63,639 nt of DNA, filler included, from Atractiella rhizophila (GCA_021432655.1; 14 parts of 14 records of this genome joined end to end with filler, not necessarily neighbours in it); one strand, 5' to 3'; shown: positions 12,012 through 24,349, counted from the first letter of the whole stretch. Translations and numbers: made by a program. The notes: a model not told the origin generated them from the sequence alone.

Positions 12012-12724
12012 ATGAGTACCCAAGCAACTATCAACGCCCTAGGAGCAGATAATATCCGTCAATGGCTTGAAGGGTTCTGGGCTGCAGGTGGATACGGGTC
12101 AGAGGTCATGCAGAAGCTTCAACTGGTTTCATGCGAGTTGGAAGGCTTTGAAGTGGTGCAAGAGGATGGAGAGGACGTGTTGAAAAGCGGACGGGGAGCG
12201 AAGAGCACCGTTGTCTTCAAATTGCTGGTTGACGAGTCTATGTGTAGTCCTACCGGTAAGTTTCTTGCTTTCAACTCTCAAGAAGCTTCCTAACGTGAAG
12301 GCGGGCATCTTTCGCCAGGTTTCATACATGGTGGTTGCACAGTGAGAAATTGCCGGTCATGATGTGGTAGATTACTTATTCTCGTCCTAGGCATACCTTT
12401 TAGATGTCTGCACCTCGTTAGCGATACGGCCGTTCTCCAAACCTGGCTTTTGGTTCACGACGGGAATGAGCACTTCCCTCATCACCACCTTTCTAAACGC
12501 TGTCCCTTGCAATACTACCGTTTTGTATGCTACCTTCCTCAGCTCGAAGCCTTGACTAATTTGTTGTTCCACACAGACTTGTCAACCGTACATTATCACA
12601 AGGGAAGGCAGTAGCGTCCTATGACTTCGAAATGATCAGTGAGGATGGGAAGACTATTTACGCGAAGGGCACTCATACAAAGGCTGACACTAATAAGGTC
12701 AATACAGCAGTTAGTAAACTGTAG
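12012..12724 (+). CDS. Hotdog-fold acyl-CoA thioesterase (PaaI/ACOT13-like) with a C-terminal PTS1 (SKL)
   Basis: Four exons: MCSPT|GFIHGGCT|AYLLDVCTSLA...GMSTSLITTFLNA|...AKGTHTKADTNKVNTAVSKL*. The HGG..D motif is present; stop TAG at 12722-12724. Confidence 0.88.
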
Positions 12725-12793
12725 ATTTGAATCTTAGATTGCATGCTCTATTCACTTCGTCCTCATGCTCTATTTACAACATTACTCGGGACC

Positions 12794-13671
12794 TCAGCTT
12801 TGCTTTGACAGGAAGTCGATCATCTTCTCCAGTGCCCTTGCTCGATGAGAGATAGCGTTCTTTTCTTCTGAGGCCATTTCCGCATACCTATAACAGCATT
12901 AGTTCACATTGTAGCTTGTGACATGGAGCTCCTCACGTCTTCCCAGTTTCCTCAGCTTCAAATACAGGATCCCAACCAAAGTTCTGAAACAAGAATTAAC
13001 TCTTTTCACAAAAAAGGATGGCATCACGAACAGGGGGACCACGAGGTGGAACGATCTTTCCATCTGTGCTGCCTTGAAACATTTGTGGCTTCGAGACGGT
13101 ACCATCGACAATTTCACAATAACCGAACGTGCAAACTGCTTTTGCACCTTTGCCGTCAAATCCGGCAAGCATACTGTTGAGACCTACGAACGATTGAACA
13201 CTCAACTACTTCGAATCAGATCAAGATATGAAAGCACACCGTTCAGACCCAACGATTTGAGAAACCATTTGATGTATGGCCCAGGAAGCTCTCCCATGGC
13301 GTTGAAACATAGCGCTGTATCTTCAGTTACGACTGCGACCTTTCCGACAGTAGCTTCTTTCCTTGTCTCCTGCAACAGAGCTTCAGCAGCTCGCTCAACT
13401 TTTGCGAGAGCGATGGAGGCGATTGTTCCCTGTAATTCAGGGACTATTTGACGTTTATACCTCTGTAGAATTGCAAACGACGTACGGTCGAGATCCAACG
13501 AGGTTATCTCCAGCCTAGATGTGAGACTGGACGGGAGACGTGAAGACATCACTTCGCGGAACTGAAAAGACATATTAGAGTAGTTCCTTGGCTTGGATGG
13601 GACTGAAGAGCACCTCGCGTAACTTATTAGCGTTTCCGGTAACAAAGACTTAATTCTTTCATCAGAGACAT
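12794..13671 (-). CDS. HAM1: Inosine triphosphate pyrophosphatase (Ham1/ITPA)
   Basis: [61 protein letters not shown]. One extra A near 13650 breaks the frame after MSLMKEL. Confidence 0.93.
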
Positions 13672-13992
13672 TCACTCCATCATAAGAATACTTGCCTAAT
13701 TTTGACGGNNNNNNNNNNNNNNNNNNNNNNNNNNNNNNNNNNNNNNNNNNNNTTAATTAATTAANNNNNNNNNNNNNNNNNNNNNNNNNNNNNNNNNNNN
13801 NNNNNNNNGCAAGGGTAGGGCAAAACCTTAATTTCCGCCTTCTATGCGTTAAAGTTTGGAGGGACAGAGGGACAGTCAGAGGGACATTTAGCGCCAAAAA
13901 TTTTTGAAAAATTTTTATATCCGTGAGTTCCGGTAAACTCCACCCATCTGTGAAAGGTTGAAAAGTGCGCCGTACTCCTGAGCCATATCACC

Positions 13993-16900
13993 TCAGCTGC
14001 CTGAATGCATTTTATGTCACTGCTCAAATCAAAGTAGGAATGGGAGCAAACATACCATTGAGTTTGGCAGCTTTCTTTGCCCAAGCCTTAACCACATCAT
14101 CACCCTTCTTCACCTCTAACAGCAGCTGGTCCAGTTTCGGCCCTCTAATCAAGGCAATTTTCTTCTTTCTATCAATCTCCACCTCATCATCATCTTCCCT
14201 CAATTCCCAATCATGCTCTTCCTCTCCTCCTCGCATATACTGAGCAGCTTCACCTCTGTGAGCCTGGTGAAAATGATATTGGAATCCATAAGACCAGAAT
14301 GTATCTGAACAGTTAGAACCGAAACAGGGCAAGGGGTGGTTTGAGCATGGGTTGGAAGTTGTAGATTTTCGAAGTGTCACAATGCTGATCTTTTTAAGAA
14401 TCTGTCGGAAGACACTACAGTTGCTCTCGAACTCGACAGGATCACGGTTTTTGGCCCGCGCTTTTGCAAAGGCTCTACTGATACAAGTCCCTGTTTGCCG
14501 ACACATTGGGCAAGTAAATTGTACGGCCTACATGTTGCAAGTTCAGTGAATAGAGCAAGGGATGGAATGCAATGATTAAACTTACAGTGATCCGGGATCC
14601 ACTGTCTTGCCAAAGTTCCGGTGGAAATGGAGGGAGGGCAAGATGAGGATATGCTCCTATTGGAGAGTAGGGAGCTCCGGTGCGTCTGGACACATCTTGA
14701 AGATGTTGATTTGCAAGCCAGAGAGCGATATGATAGCTGATGTGTGGAATGAGCTTGTTGGAACTGATGATGATGGGGCAACCGGTAATGGGGCATGCGA
14801 TGTGGTTGGCCTTTATCTCTCCCGTTCCCTGAAGAGCAGTTTGAATCGGAGCAGACAGGAATGAAGATTGTCCTATATCTTGAGGAGTCAGTAGTGTGAT
14901 TTGGTATTGCAGAACTTGAAACACGTACCATTTTCATCAATATAGGGGAAATTTTCAACGGATGAAGTAATTGAAAGGATCCCCTTTGATTTGAGGCACG
15001 CAGAAATATCTGAGGGTGACAAGGTCCCATCATTTCCATCAAGGTAAAGACCTGTTAAGCTAGCTTCGAGTTGTATGAGGTCGGCCATGGAAAAAATGTA
15101 TGAGTTGGGGAATGGTGCAAGAATTCCGTGGACGGGGAGGAGATATCGACTCGAGATTGACAGCATGCCATTGTCTCTAGTCGTATTCGGAATGTTCAAG
15201 AAGTGAGAGATATTCCAGGTCCACAATGGATTGCCGAGTGGGGGAATGATCGAGGGACGTGACAATCGAATAGGGCGAAAGCGAAGGAACAGATTTTCTT
15301 GATCGGTTCCAAGTTTGGAAATGGAAAAATGTTTGACTTGCTTGGTATTCCTTCGTGGGTCAATATCTTTATACTGCCCAAGCAAAAGAGCGACATGTGG
15401 CCCAACATGACAGAGTGTTGCAAGAAAACTATCCGGCTGAAGGATATCGTCAAGAGGGATATCTAATGATGGAACTATACCAACCCTTGGATCAAGGATG
15501 GTCCAGTTACTTCGCGCATTGGAACGGTTGGCTTTTGGGTTGATAGTTTGCTTCATGTTCCGTCGTATTCTATCTCCAGATCCCGTTTCGATGTCGCGAT
15601 TGAAGGCTAATCGAGTGAGGTGTTGCTTGTGGACTGGCCCTCCTTCTGTTTCGGTCCGACTCTTCACAAAAAACTCCATTCGGTTCCTCATTAACTCCCA
15701 AATCACCTTCCTCTCCCCTCCGTTCTCCGCCTCCACTTCCATCTCCGTTCTAGCAAGCTGTACATCATCGCCGTGAAGGGCAGCAGCTGCTAAGAGAGCT
15801 AACCGATCATCAGACGAGCCACTGGCAAGCAATTCCAGACTACTATCTTGTTCAGCAGCGTGCTGAATTGCCGTCAAAACCTCTTCCAGAAGCTGGCTGT
15901 CAAAAGATTGTTGTGGTGGATAGAGTGCCGCAACTGCAGGAGAATTTTTTGGTGTCGGAATGTAGCCTGACGGTTTGGTGCGTTGATTTGATGGCAAGGT
16001 TTCGTCATCGAAAGCATCGGCGGGGGCTCCCTTGCTGAGACTGAGGGAGAGGAAGGAGCCTTGATTCGGGGTGTAGTTCTCGATAGCAAAGACAATGGAA
16101 GGATCCTGAAGCCTTCTAACTAAAGCAGCGCCTGCCTCCAACCCACTATTCCATAACTCCTCAATCCTCCCCTCCACCAAAGAAGCCTGAACATTCCCCA
16201 AAATATCTGAAGGGTTTGAATGGTCTACCCCTTCTTTGAGACAGATATTTCGACGTGACCTTCCTGGTTTACATTGACTATATTTCCCGTTGAGAAGATC
16301 GTCAATCTCCATTGCAGCAACAGCACCTTGCGCAGCCTGAAGCAAGTCGAACACCTTCTGATTTCCCTTCAGGCAGCGGATGATAGAGAAGAGACCTTCC
16401 AGACGGTCCGATCCCAAGAATCCTAAAAACACCTCGCCCGTAGGATCCACTTGAAGTTGGCGAAGCGTGGAGACCCAAGCGGCAGATATGGTTGTTTGCA
16501 GGTCATGGAAGAGCTGCCAGGGGCAGAAGTGACCACCTTCCTGTTTGTAGCAAGCGTAGAGAATGACTGCAGCGGTAGTGAGCTGACTGAGCTGATCCGC
16601 AAGGTTGTTCTCAGGATTGACAAAGGAGAGGAGAATCAGGTCGAGAAAGTTTGCAAGGAGTTGATAGGCTCGGTATTGGACAAGTCCCGTCAGGTCATCG
16701 GAAGGGGGTTCGGGAAGGTCTCGAAGCTCGATGAAATAATTAATGAGCCTTGTCGTCGTTGGTACATTCTGCGCATCTGCCTCCCAGAAAAGGTGGTTCC
16801 ACTCGTCTTCTGATACAGTCGGATGCCGCTTTCTGAGATATTCGAGATGAGTAGATGGGGTAAGAAGAGCTTGTCCGAATTTGATGCCAGCAGCTCTAGT

Positions 16901-18304
16901 CAACCAGGTTTTGATTCGTTTCCAAATATGTTTGGGATCAAAACACTGGACAACTCCGCACTCTGAACAGCCGTAGTGGAACCAACGAAGACCCTCAGGT
17001 AAGAATGCACACAATTCAGGGATGGCAGTGAGAAGGCGGGACTCGTTGTAAATTTTCGATCCATTCTTCCGTCGTCCAGCATCACCGTCACTGTTCGAGG
17101 TAACATGGACGCTGTTTGGGCGATTCTCACGTAGCCATTCGCCAAATACGCGGTCATGTAAGCGCATATCTCGTTCGATCATCTCATCTGACATTCCACT
17201 GCCACAACAGCCTGATATCGACATTATTCTGCAACCATAGTCTGTCAACACCATCAGCATAATTTGGACACATAATCAATCACTGACCACTACGAGTGTT
17301 CTTGTTATAAACCACAAATGACGCCTTTGAGCATCGGTGCCACTTCCCGTCAATAAACTCCTGCACCAGGTTATCGAGGTCCTCCTCCGTTTCAAATATC
17401 TTCTCCACATCATCACCATGTTCCTTACAAACCCCGAGCCAACAGTTTGAGTGAAAGTCCCACTGGACCTTTCCCTCACATGCGGTCTCGTCCTGAGAGG
17501 TCGAGTAGCACGCGGGAGAGGAGGAACTCTGCAGCTGATGAAAAGGTGGACCCTTGCTTTGAGGAGGAGAGGTCTGACGATGAGGACTGTGCGTCATCTC
17601 CGGAAGTTGAGAGGGTTCGAACGGGAGGCTTGACGGCAAATTCGGCGAGGTCGAAGTGACATCACTTTCCGAGTCTGATGATTCACCCCCACTATCCGAC
17701 CCATCTCCATCACAACTCGTAGGCTGAATAGTTGCGTCCAAACCCTCTTCCAATGTCCCACCGAAGGTGCTGAGGTTGTGCAACAACTCCTCCTCCATTA
17801 CAACACCTGGCGAGACTCGAACCTTTAGCTGACTCGCAAATCGTCGAACCGAGCGGAGGGAAGGAAGATTAGTTGCCTTGTGGAAGATATTGACGAGTTG
17901 ATTTCCTCCTATTCGAAGGAGGAAAAGGCTGAGCTCGTAATCTCGTACATTGTACGAGCGTATCCCCTGCTCGCCAGCTGCAACCGCATGGATCTTCTTG
18001 ATCACTTTCTTTGTTCCCATCTTCTCCTTCAGACAAGTATTGATAAGCTGAGGTATTCGAGCAACATCAATGAGCGCCACCGCTTCCAGCAGCTCCTTGA
18101 ACAACGCGATTCGTTTGTTCATCTTTTCGATCTTCCTATCTCTCGCAACAATCTGTCATGATCACTAATTAGCGCCGAACTTGAAGTGGAAAATAAACAT
18201 ACCTGATTGCTCAGACCCCTGCGATGAGAAGCTAACTGAGACAGATGAGCTTGCATGTGCTGGTAAGACTTGTGGCCAAGAGAGGTCTTGAGGGACAGGG
18301 AACC
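13993..18304 (-). mobile_element. Large (>1,300 aa, 5' truncated) P-element/THAP9-like DDE transposase with a C-terminal Cys/His zinc-binding region
   Basis: Stop-free spliced reading frame (introns 18202-18153, 17287-17242 and three more downstream). Motifs in order: LPSLRSVRRF, STSQDET, SNSDGD, FDPKHIWKRIK, DAQNVP, LGSDRLEGLFSIIR. These are followed by CPITGC..HISYH, CPMC..C and PCSNHPLPC..C..HFHQAH. Confidence 0.7.
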
Positions 18305-18499
18305 NNNNNNNNNNNNNNNNNNNNNNNNNNNNNNNNNNNNNNNNNNNNTTAATTAATTAANNNNNNNNNNNNNNNNNNNNNNNNNNNNNNNNNNNNNNNN
18401 NNNNGAGATCCACTCCACTGCTTGTGTTTTCAACATTAACGTGGGCGGTGTAGATTGTATATGTACTCGTTCGTCGCAATTGCAATGGACATATGAAAG

Positions 18500-19143
18500 T
18501 TCTATCATGGGATATTTGCTCGACGAGCTCGAACAATAGCTGAATATCGTCTAAAGCTTTTTGATAACTAGTTGTCAGGTTTTATAGTACTACCTCCTAA
18601 GGTAAGTTGTAGCAGTCAAACGCTCTGAATGCGACGGGCAAGTGATTCAATTTCTAGGCCTTCAAGTCGTATCTTAGAGCTAAGGCGTACCTTCGTCAAA
18701 ACATCACTCCTCCCGAACTTTTACTCTCGCCCAAAGGTTCATGGCACACTCGTTCATGATCTTCCGGAGCTTGCTCCGAGAAAAAACCGTTGCGTTCGGT
18801 ACATGTATTAACTTAGTATCCTCACATTGGGAAACCGCACTGTCGATGGAGCCTGTAGTAAAATTGCTCGTGCTTATGTTCCAGCCACGTCGCATTTTTG
18901 GTAGAATCATTGGCAGTTTACATGGATTCACTCAAGCCGTGTTTGGATTCATGGAGTCCTGTCAAAGGAAGTTACCTCCGTCTTGCCGAACAACATTTCG
19001 CCTTCAAGATATACTAGCTCTCCGTCTGTGCACCAATAAAAATATTCAGCATTAAATCCATCCCGTGGCATTGAAGAAAAGGAGAGCAGCCGTGCCGCCT
19101 CTTCCATCTTTCTCCAATCAACTTCAGGACTGTCTGGGTCCAT
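18500..19143 (-). pseudogene. Decayed ORF of unknown family
   Basis: MDPDSPEVDWRKMEEAARLL...FGKTE continues in another frame with in-frame TGA stops (NTA*VNPCK, REE*CF). Confidence 0.3.
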
Positions 19144-19341
19144 CGCTTATTTCCTAGTCTCGTTCCTTCTCCTAAGATGATTTCGCTTTCATGTAGCAAC
19201 GATTCTTTATGCCCTATGCCATTCCGCAGAACCGTACAATCATTTTGCCCCAATATACACAAACGCAGAAAACAGAAAGGAAAAGAACTCGCGGAGCGAG
19301 CAAAATCTAGAACGTGTGCACGAACTGCCAAACACGTTCGT

Positions 19342-20988
19342 CTATTGCGGCACACACTGCGAGTAATAGGGGTCTGCAGTTGTTTTCATCAAAGGAATGC
19401 TGGAGCAAATGAGAAGAGAAAGCGCACTTGAGTAAGCGCAACGATAGCCATTCGAACAAGCGGTCGCACCAGTCCAACCCTGTCCTCCGCACTGACCATA
19501 CGCGGTTTGCGTCGCTGCGGATGAGGGCGAAGGATTGTCGTCTCCCGGTACACATTGCGAGTAATAGGGATCTGCATTCGTCTATCAGAAGAATCCCTTC
19601 TCGGATATTGATTGCTAACTGGAGTAGACGCAATGATAACCGGCTGTGCAACCAGTCGCGCCAGCCCAACCTTGTCCTCCGCATTGACCGTACGCCGATT
19701 GTGTTCCTGTGGAGGATGGCGCAGAGCTGGGACTGCTTGGAGAGGAGGAGGAAGAGGAGCTGTCACCGCCAGGTACGCATTGCGAATAGTAGTCATCTAG
19801 GTTCGGCCATCAGCTTGAGGGATATTGAAGAGCTTAGATACAGACTAGAGTATACGCAGTTGTAACCGCTAGCACAAGCAGTTGCTCCAGTCCATCCTTG
19901 TCCACCGCATTGTCCATAAGCTACCTGTGTCGTGGTAGATGAAGGAGCAGAGGAAGTGGAACCGCTCGTGGGGCTGGAAGAACTGCTCGTGGATTTAGAC
20001 GATGAAGCAGAATTGCTTTGAGATGACCGCGACGACAATCCTGAGGCAGTCGAACCACCGTTGGAAGTGATGCTTCCCCCACCAGAGCAAGCGCAATTCT
20101 GGCATTGAGGAGCTTGCCCGCCTTCACCGTAATGTTGATTGTACTGACTCAGCTGTGCTGACCGTCAATGCTTTTCATTGGAGGAGAATCTGAAATGGTC
20201 AGACCTGGACCCAAGTAACACAATAGCTTCCGCCATAAGCTTGAGAAGCACCGGAGAAGTCATAGCAGTTCTTGCCAATGTATTGGCCAGATGGTTGATT
20301 GTTCTGAGACTCGAAGTGAGTGCCAAAGCTTTGAGGTGTCCATCCAGAATTTGAAGTGTACGACTGCCCGCATTGGTACTGGGAGCATGATATGGCCTGC
20401 AACGGTGTTAATTGTCGTCATTCTGGACAAGTGGCATCTATACCTGATAGTTGACGTGACCTCCGTCCGAATAGCCTCCGTTAGGAAGCGTGACACCCAT
20501 CACGCCGTTAGGGCATTCTTGATCGACAGTATAGGGCGTGCAGCCATCCGAACCTCCCTAATATCGTTCAGTGAGACGTCAATAATTCAAAGAGTACGCA
20601 CGCCACCGGTTTTGCACGGCTGGGTGGTGCTAGTTGTTTGGGTAGGCGTCGACGTTGTCGGCGGCGTCGTTGTTGCTGAAGGTTGCTGCCTCCTAATCTT
20701 TTTGAGGACGGTTCGATTATGGGAAACTTGGTTCCTCTTCACTCGATCTTTCATCATTCCATCAGCATTTCTTTTGTAACAAGGAATTTACGAACCATGT
20801 TGCACAGGAGCATTTCGACTGGTTCTTCCAACAAAACCCAACCATGGAACGGCGGATTGATCATCAAAAGGGGCCAGGGGATTTTTTAAGAATGAAAATT
20901 GATCCAAGGCTTCCTCGTTGGCGTATGAGCCGATAGAAGACGCTTGGGCTAAGTGAGCGACGAGGATAAAACCGTTGATGAGAATCAT
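19342..20988 (-). CDS. Secreted protein: signal peptide, Thr/Pro linker, unassigned Cys-rich module, Ser-rich linker and three CBM1 cellulose-binding modules
   Basis: Hydrophobic N-terminus MILINGFILVAHLAQA. Three copies of YGQCGGQGW(T/A)GAT.C..GY.C.YSN.YYSQCVP. Stop TAG at 19344-19342. Confidence 0.88.
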
Positions 20989-21315
20989 GGCGGTAAATGG
21001 TGGTTCAGCAAGCGAAGGAGTGAGATTGTTAATTATTTATTGTTGTTTAGCGCATTGGTATCGTAAGCAAGCAGCATCATCGGATTTGGAAGCTGTGTTG
21101 ACCACTGTTGTTATTGCTCCATCGGAAGCAAATTTATTTGTGATTGTTAACACTGTTCGATTGCCGTCTAAAGCCTGATAGATTCACCACTGCTGGTGAT
21201 AGCTGGCATTGGTTGAGATGAGAGATCAGTTATTGATTTGCATACAAGCAATGAGAGGGGACTGAGAAACAACTGAGCAGAGTACACGAATAAGTTAAAG
21301 AGAGGGGACGAGTAA

Positions 21316-22894
21316 TCAGGTACTCAAAATCTCCAGCTCCTCCTTTGGACCAAAAGGCCTGAAGTGCAATTCCTCCAGCAATTTGCTCGGTGGCAAAACT
21401 GTCTCCACCTTGTCGATTTGCAACCTGGTGAGGTTGCGCCTGGGATCTTGCAACAGATCAAGGAGGGGAATGGTGATTCCAGCTTTACGCACAGAGCGAG
21501 CGTCAGCTCTCGTGAAAGTTCTGATTATAGAAAACACAGGACGTACCAAGCCCCCGATAAAGCTTCGACCCCTCCTTCATCTTCTCGATCCCCGTTCTGA
21601 CTTCTACCTCCCATCGCCACCTATTGGGCTCCTTGAATCCCTTCTCTTCTCTTTCAATCATCACCCCCAGTTCGCGAATTTTAATCTGGAAAGCCAAAGC
21701 GTACGTAGGAAATGACCATGTCATGTTGGTGAAGGTTCGCCTCCTCACATAGTCCATGAAGATGGGATGTATGGCCAACGCTTCGTTGGAGGCATGGTGA
21801 CATATTCGCATGGATGGGTCATTTGGAGAATAAGAAAAAAAGGGGATATGGAGTCTCATCTTGTCCCTACGCCAAACCTTTAGAAACCGTGAACAGAAAG
21901 GATGGGACTAACGCCTGTAGGATGGAATGAGCAGCAACCAACCAGTCCCTCTCCTCCACCTCTTCGTCCGTCAACTGACCAAATGACACGCAAAGCTCCG
22001 CAAACCGCCGACGTGGGAATGCTTCAAGCAGTGCATGGGCAGTTTTATCGAGATGTATGAATGTGCGACTTCATGGAGATGTTAGAGTTTCACAGCGAGA
22101 CGCTGAGGGGGTGGAAAAGCAAACCTCTGCCTTGCCCTTTGGAGCTGAACTGTCGACAACATGACCCACGGTCGTTCCCACCCTAAAGCCACCCACTGTG
22201 AACACGGACCCATGTTTGCCTCAAACAGGCCAACGTACTACGCAAGAACTCGTCCATCCGACTCGAGAAGATCGACGTCTTGTAGAAGATTTGTACAGCA
22301 CCCAATCCTACAAAGGCATCCTTCGTTTCCCAAAACTCCTTGTTCTCCGGATTCAGGTTCGCGTTCTTTTCTAGCTCCAGGAAGGCGGAGGGAGAGGCAG
22401 AAGACGGCGGAAGAGGGGTGTGGATGTCGTCTATCGGTACAAAGGCAACTACTTGACATTCCGCATATATTTCCAGGATGAGAGACGAACCTGCTGATAT
22501 ACAGCTCGGCCAATGTGGCACACCAGAGATGTGTCTCTCCATAGTGATCGTGAGCCAAAACATGTGCGATCTACCTCAACCCAACCAACCAAAAAGGGTG
22601 AGAAGAGGGGATGTATGCAATGAGCAGAAGAGGAAGGAAGTTGACGCCTACCGTTGAATGTATGCCTCCCTTTCTTCTTCTGGAGCGGTGGGAGGGGGAG
22701 GTCGGGCTCGATCCAGTCCAAGTAGTTGACTGTCTTCGTTAGCAGGCAATGGCGGTATGGTGGGAGAAACGCACCATAAGCGTACACAAAAGGCGACAAG
22801 TACTGCGACCACGTTCCAATTCTCATTAATCTACAGCCAGATATTGGGTGCGATAGCTTCAGCCTCAACTGCTTGTTCTGGATCACGCAGAAAA
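21316..22894 (-). CDS. Fungal-specific transcription factor domain protein (Zn2Cys6 family middle region), 5' truncated
   Basis: NV|FWLTITMERHISGVPHWPSCI|..DDIHTPLP fits the Fungal_trans pattern FW....DR......P....DI.T.LP. Multi-exon; the DNA-binding cluster is not in the window. Confidence 0.65.
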
Positions 22895-22994
22895 NNNNNN
22901 NNNNNNNNNNNNNNNNNNNNNNNNNNNNNNNNNNNNNNTTAATTAATTAANNNNNNNNNNNNNNNNNNNNNNNNNNNNNNNNNNNNNNNNNNNN

Positions 22995-24297
22995 TTTATT
23001 TCAGCGTGTACCTGGCTGAAATGCCGCTTAGCCAGACGCTCCCGCTTCTCTGAAAGCATTCACAACCCGTTGTCGTGAATTCTCTCTTGCTCGGAAGCCA
23101 AACGGCAAACCCCTTCTCAGCTGGGAAATCGATGGCAGAGGAATCAAGGCGACGTCATCTTCACACTCCATCTCCAGCACCTCCAAAACGTTCACTGGCG
23201 GCTTGCCCCATGGCATGTCTCCGAAGAAAGCGCATGAGGTCGATCGCTTCATCGCACTTGCCCAAACGCTCCTGTCCAATGAACCACAGATTACGAGCGC
23301 AATTGATATTGGAGCCGGACGAGCACACCTTTCTGCTGCTTTGACCAGAGAGCCACTGCTTCTTGATGTTTGCGCGATCGAGGGCAGCTCCTCTCAAGTC
23401 ACTGGAGCAGAGAAGTTAGTTTCAAACCGTTTGAAATATAAGAAAAAGGAGGAAGAGGAACATAAGAGAGGGATGTTGACGTTGAAAACGGAAGTGTTGG
23501 ATGAGAACGGTATCAGGAGAATTCTGCAGGAAGGACGTGCGGAGAAGGAAGAGGGAAGGCTAGTTTGTGCTTTGCACGCCTGTGGAGATCTTACTGTGGA
23601 CACATTGCGCGCTTTCGTTAGCTCTGGGAGTGCGGAACGTCAAGATGTCTTGATCGCGATTGGGTGCTGCTACAATCTTACTTCCTCTTCCAGTGGGTTT
23701 CTCTCCGGTCAATATGTTGTAGAATAGTCTCATCTCATATTTCTTTCCCAAGACTTCCCATTTCATCCGTGCAATGTTTCTCCCACTTTCACTCACAACC
23801 ACCTTGTTCTCGCCACTCAGTCTCCCATCCTGTGGTCGTCTTCAACGTCATCCTGGGAATCCGCAAAGCTATCCATGCGCAAACTTGTCTATCGAGCACG
23901 TCTACAAGTAGAGCTCGACGCATCTCAAGGTCCTTCTCCTTCTGAGAACAGGGTCGGTAGACTGGCGGACTCCTGCTTTCTTTCATACGAGACCTTTCGC
24001 TCAAAAGCGTTGAAGAAGATGCATCTCAACGAGAATGATGTTGCACGACTTGAACCTCAAGGAGAATGGGAAGGATTCGAGAAGACGTTCATGTTCTTTT
24101 GGACACTCAGATGTCTTCTCGGACCAGTGTTGGAGAGCCATATTGTGTTGGAGAGATTCACAGGGCTTGCTTTGCTGTTGCAAGAGCGACTGGCTGTAGA
24201 CGAGAATGCGGGCAAGGAGCTTAGGCTGGAATTGTGGAATCTGTTTGACCAGGTGGAAAGCGGTAGTGCAAGAAACCTAGCTATCGCTGTCCATTGA
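22995..24297 (+). CDS. METTL25/RRNAD1-like SAM-dependent methyltransferase (Methyltransf_32), 5' truncated
   Basis: GMSPKKAHEV, IDIGAGRAHLS, LHACGDLT, IGCCYNL, FWTLRCLLGPVLESHIVLER, LFDQVESGSARNLAIA. Confidence 0.88.
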
Positions 24298-24349
24298 AAG
24301 ATTCCAATGAAAGAACACAAGACCCGCTAAATCTCGAATTTAGAAAGAA

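Noticed and set aside
2357..12724. GCDH as part of the acyl-CoA gene cluster
   Set aside because: It lies two artificial linkers away, on a different scaffold.
10391..13671. Thiolase and HAM1 as pseudogenes or programmed frameshifts
   Set aside because: Each break is one extra base in a short homopolymer (near 10413, 10618, 10930 and 13650), close to contig ends, with otherwise intact motifs. Sequencing error is the simpler explanation; raw reads would settle it.
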